From contig NMRA01000792.1 in assembly GCA_002633005.1 (NCBI GenBank), positions 47,271-110,837 on the forward strand: a DNA stretch of 63,567 nt, written 5' to 3'. The DNA comes from Phoronis australis (taxonomy: Eukaryota; Animalia; Phoronida). The position numbers were made by a program, and so were the translations under genes. Below the pieces are notes generated by a model. The model was not told the origin of the DNA, did not search any database, and saw nothing but the letters and a program-made list of their open reading frames with translations. This document shows positions 58,801 through 63,567 of this stretch, one piece after another. The number at the start of each line of letters is the position of its first letter. The stretch's first letter is position 1.

Positions 58801-59461
58801 AGTCATGAAACGGTCTCCCTACCTATTCTTAATCCAAAAATACCTCTTTTGTCCTGTATCGAAACTTAATATTTACATGCACGCTCCCAGGGAGGCTCGG
58901 GGGGCTCGGGGGGCTCGAATTGGCGAAGTGGGCAATAAACGCAAACTCCAAAAAAGCAGAAAACGAGACAAAAGTCCGCTAAGAAGGCAGGAACTACCTA
59001 AGTTTGGCTCTGAACGTATCCGTGAATCTTTGTAAAAGATAGTCTCAAAATTCGAGTCCCGCCCCATTTTTAGGTTGGGTACGTGCATGATTTATAGGTA
59101 TGAAACACTCTCTCAAGGAGATTAAACAATCAAATTAACAATCAACAGAATTTAAGAACAATTATAAGAATGCTACGCAGGGGAAACAATTCAATTAAAA
59201 GGATAAGAATCTTAGTTTTCAAAGGGAGAATATCAACTCGAGTCTCAGCTATACAGATAACAATGGTGGGTCGTGCCTCTATTGGTTCGAATTTTATGAA
59301 ACTGAAATAAATTGTATATATACATGTATATAATATACTTCTATTCCTACGAGACTCGGTGAGCATTAGAAAAGTTAACCCAAACGTGACTGAACACAAG
59401 ACAATCGTCAACGTTCAACAGGTGGCGGATGTTTTATAATCATCAACTCCATGTCTTCAGC

Positions 59462-60136
59462 TCAGCAAACCAGTATGTTAAACTCCGACTAAAACAGAAA
59501 GAAGATGACGTCAGTATACAGAGGATTACAAGTCGAGATTTGGTGACCTTGAAAAGGAAGCATTTACCCTCAAACGTTGAAGATGATGAAGTTTGTACTT
59601 GCGAATCACGTAAGCCGAGGGCGAAGGACAGGCAATTTTTCTTGTTTTCATAACAAAGACGTTTAGAACAATTTACTTTGTTAGAGACCCAATTGCGAAA
59701 TTTTTATCATGAGTTGGTGCCTGCTTACAGATAATGGAGTTAGACAAGTCTCTCACACACGGCTTGATACAGGACACGTCAACTATCGCCACCTAGCGTA
59801 TTCCAAAGTAGTTGTTTTAGATTTTGCAATCGTAATTGTCTCCAAGGTAGGTCACATTTACCTCATCATAGTACAGTTATTTCAGTAAGATGACATCATG
59901 TCCCGTTTGCTACTTCGAATTTGAAAACTACATTACAAAGAGGATACGCACCTCTCCATCAACAGGAGGAAAAGGGAAACAATTGAACTGGTGTTCCCTG
60001 TGATTGCCACGCGTTCGGCACGGTTGACACAGATTGTAGTCGATACACTGTTGGCACTCAAACCGGGTTCCACAGATGGCTTCCTCACAAGATCCGCACG
60101 TGAATCCATGGTGACAAATCTGCTGTTCTTTGGGAA
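59462..60136 (-). CDS. Gene C (3' part only): last ZZ exon plus terminal exon; upstream exons lie beyond the window or are lost
   Basis: 59952-60136 (185 nt): CHHGFTCGSCEEAICGTRFECQQCIDYNLCQPCRTRGNHREHQFNCFPFPPVDGE, GAG|GTGCGT donor. 59462-59488: SEFNILVC*. Confidence 0.85.
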
Positions 60137-63100
60137 CTTGAAATGAAAGCGGCAAAAATTCCTGCATTACGAGTCTGCATTCATTCTCACTAACGTACAT
60201 GTACCTAATTTGACAGTACATGTACGACGCAAAGGGACACAATTACGAGAGCTTTTTTGTTATTTCGAGTAACCAGTTATTGAATTAATATCAGAATAAT
60301 TTCACGTAACATTGATCTTTTGTGTCCTTATTCTGTTGGGTATTTCGAGTTGTTCAGAGTGTACGCGGGACTTTTCAGTTTCTGTAAGTTCTAAAGGTTA
60401 TGAATGATCTTATGGGCAAGTCTACGTTTTTAGTCTTGATCTGCAAACTACACAATGACACAAGAACCGGGGTTGAAGACAATACCTGTATAGGCCCAAT
60501 ATCTAATCTTGATCTCACCGGGCTCACTTTAAAAAGTCCTGACAGGTACAGTCAATAGGTAAAAAGCAAAATACTGTAAACCAAGGATCAAGGAGAGCGC
60601 AGTTGTGATGTACGTTGCGAACAAGGCCCAATTACGACTAAGTAACCTAGTGACTGTTTGAAATTTTTTCACGTGAACGTGGAAAATTAAAATCATGACA
60701 TACTGTATGACCGGGGTCTAATCTCTGTATTCTGCACCCAACTCGAACTGTCGAACTTCTGTACTGTGCGAGCTTAATATATATGCCTATGATTCTCTGG
60801 TAGTGTACATGTACATTATGGTTTACCCACACACTGTTCTGGCCAAAGTTCGCACTTGATGATCTCCAGATTCTATGGTCTGCAGGCGGTGCACCACAAG
60901 GGGTTGGGTGGGTTATAGTTCCCCACTTTTTTCAGTGCTGCTCCGCCGATGCATTGGAGTCATAAGCATCCACGCAATCATAGCGTGTTGGAGCACAAAA
61001 TAAGAAACAGCTTTCTTGAGTTTGCAAAGACATAGAACAAAACATAACATAAAATAATTTCGAGTTTGTACGTGGGAGTATGGGATTCCGTAACGTGAAA
61101 AGTTACACAACGATGGGATGTCTATATGGCCATTTAGCTGTTTAAGCTACATTGTATGCAGTGTGCGCCTAAGAGTCAGTGATTCGGTTGTTCAGATGTT
61201 ACTATCGATGTCCACAACGAGCGACCTCTGGCGTCCCACCAAGTTTTAGCATACTGAAAAAAATGACTCACAATTAATATGTTTGCATATATTAGGGATC
61301 CGTTCCATGAAGACTTTAAAGACAGAAATTTTGAATACGTTCCCATTTTACAATTACCAGATAATGAAGATTTCACTATGTACATGTAACTGTTAGCTTA
61401 TCACAGAAATAATTTAAGAAAATAATCTGAACAACTAGCAACTTACATGTATAAGGGTATAATTTCAAAGAAGTTCTATGCTTGCTGACGTCATAAAATT
61501 ATCTTTTCGGAAATAGTTGTCATGATGTGGAGCGCATGACCGTCGAAATTTCTGATTGAAAGCTGCTGCAATTCACTCTATTTAGTTGCCTAAACACTAA
61601 AATCGAGCTAGACCTTGTACACTTATGTATGTATTCGGCAACATTATATCCCTCACCTTCTGTTTCCGTTATCAACAAAAGCATTGACACCAACTGCAGC
61701 TCAAGAAAACGCTTATTGGGGTTGGCAGTGCACGCAATGCCTGTGAGCTGGTAACAAATTGCAAACCAGTCACGATTAAAGGGGTATTATGAGACGACTA
61801 GATTTTATGAGAGTAAAATACTTTATTCGAGATTTCGTTTTTAGAAAGCTAAACAAAGCGCATTGTGGCTTTAAGTTCAGTCACCTTTCATGCAACAAAC
61901 TCCTCTGAGCAACATGTTCGGTTATTGTTACTAGTAAAGACACACAACAAAATCATGGTCCCCTATGGTAATATAAGGTTTTTGATTGCTTCGTGTTGAG
62001 GTGGCCCCCCGCTGAAGCATTTAACTAGGTTGTAATCATGACAATCTTGAGCACTTTTTAAACATGCAAATTAAGACCGTCTTTATGCAAATGTCGCTCT
62101 GTTTTTGCCTATAACTTCCCTACCAAGCGCCATACCTGTAGGCATATTACTTCCATTGATGTTTTTAAGTTTATTTCCAAGATCAGTGAATTCAATAGAG
62201 CTAGTTTGCAGTTGAATAAAACGTGAATTTACATTATTTATGCAAATTAAGGTCGCCATCATTTAAGAATCTACTTGTGGATGTTGTTATGCATATGCAT
62301 TAGTATCGTTCCAGTTCGCGTTATTCCTGGTGGCCACTTCAGTCCACCATACATTCTTTGTGTTCGTGATAGCCCTCCGTGCCCACCGTAGTTTCAGGGT
62401 GTTTTCGTTTTGTAGGCAATCACCGTGCTAGAGAGGCTGTCTAGTACCGCGATGTTTGGAATGTTTTCACGGGAGATAGCATAACCATCTTAGTATCTCA
62501 ACTTGTTTCATCACTCTTCCTTTCTGTGGAAATTGTTTTAAATAACTTTGCATAATTTTTTCCAACAATGGCGGCCACCATTATCCAAAATTCTGTTTCA
62601 ATTCGTGACTGCCTTTTGGGTTGCATAATTTAGTTCATCTAAATATTTGCACCCATGTTATGAATTTAATGAAATCCGTTTGTAGATAATTACATCATAA
62701 ATTTGCGTAACATGATTTATGCAACTACGGGTTGACATAATTCATCTCGAATGCACCCCCTATCAGATACAGTTAATGCAGATACAAATTGTGCATCCAG
62801 CAAATCAAACAAGTGCAATTAATTAAAAGGTTTCTACGATTCATACAATTCATTCTAATTTTTCCACTTGATAACATTCCGCTAATTACTTAGTATCAAT
62901 TGTCATCATGGGGTGACAACACTGTTGGTGTACGCGTCTCTAACTACGATCCCCCTAAACTCTAGGCCAGGGCCACAACACATCAAATCCTCACATTCAC
63001 ATCCCGTAACTTTCTGGTTAACAGATTTTTAAGTCACACCTTTATATTCTAGCTGTGAATTAGGGGCCACGGAAGAGTAGTTGGAAATGAACCTTAGTCC

Positions 63101-63476
63101 TCATGTACAGTGTATAGAGCATTTTTGATGCGTTTGTGGGGTTCAGGGGTGCAAATCAGTCAGCTGATACAAACAATGCGACTCCTGGATGCATGGAATA
63201 ACATGATTTGTGAACTGTGTTTAATTCTACATGTATGCACTGAAAGAGGACATCTCTCAAATATTTAAGAGCTTGTTGAAATGATAACGATATCTTGATT
63301 TTTTGATAGCATTTATAGTAATCATTTTCAATTTTTGCCGGTAGTGGTGCAGGCTACATGTACATCTTTCATTGTGCCAATACATTTCGTTTATTTTATC
63401 GATTTTTCTGTGAAAGTCAAAACTTAGCACTACTAGATTTGAAACTACCTTATTCCAAAAACCATTTCATTCTGAT

Positions 63477-63567
63477 CAGTGTCGGATTTAGAGGAGGGGG
63501 GGGGGCAAGCGGGACATGGCCCCTCCTAAAATTCTTCCACATTCCATTTGGCACTTCGGGGGTGCGA
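63477..63567. mobile_element. Start of a GC-rich MITE-like repeat (similar GC-rich inserts near 29355, 42185 and 60880)
   Basis: CAGTGTCGGATTTAGAGGAGGGGGGGGGCAAGCGGGACATGGCCCC, a CAGTGGCGG-like terminus. Confidence 0.4.

Noticed and set aside
26317-60136. Calling these genes SQSTM1 or NBR1, or one single multi-ZZ gene
   Set aside because: No UBA or FW domain is visible, and separate ATG/PB1 first exons with their own promoters and stop exons show distinct paralogs, so no gene symbol was assigned.
60137-63567. Upstream ZZ or PB1 exons of gene C
   Set aside because: No CxxC...CxxC..YDLC or PB1 pattern was found by eye; they are presumably outside the window.

Overview
AT-rich, intron-rich eukaryotic DNA from an invertebrate metazoan (species not determinable from sequence), with one 474-N gap (5869-6342) and two single Ns (38376, 52488). 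Left part: the 5' end of a Gypsy-type LTR retrotransposon (112-bp LTR, tRNA-Leu PBS, open gag running off the window) and nested TIR elements. These are followed by a complete 12-coding-exon INPP5E (ciliary inositol polyphosphate 5-phosphatase) gene on + (CDS 7296-20740, about 893 aa by manual splicing, ending in CaaX CVIQ). Right part, the main discovery: a head-to-tail tandem array on the - strand of at least three paralogous SQSTM1/p62-derived genes with the architecture PB1-(ZZ)x3-short tail and no UBA domain. Gene A spans 35914-26317 (about 293 aa), gene B spans 55359-42463 (about 284 aa), and only the last ZZ exon and terminal exon of gene C are in the window (60136-59462). The ZZ ligand pockets are diversified. 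B and C end in a conserved 8-aa terminal coding segment that completes an acidic FxxL LIR-like motif. All four internal ZZ exons end in a tandem double donor (N|GTAAG|GT) that could switch the number of ZZ domains. Both visible promoters carry a kappaB site next to an IRF/ISRE-like site. Together this suggests an immune-inducible, diversified family of ubiquitin-independent selective-autophagy receptors (inference). Also present: Kolobok, Academ-like and Penelope-like remnants, MITEs, hairpins, microsatellites and TA-to-TACATGTA/TAGGCCTA excision-like footprints. All gene models were built by eye from splice signals and phase continuity; no database searches were run.
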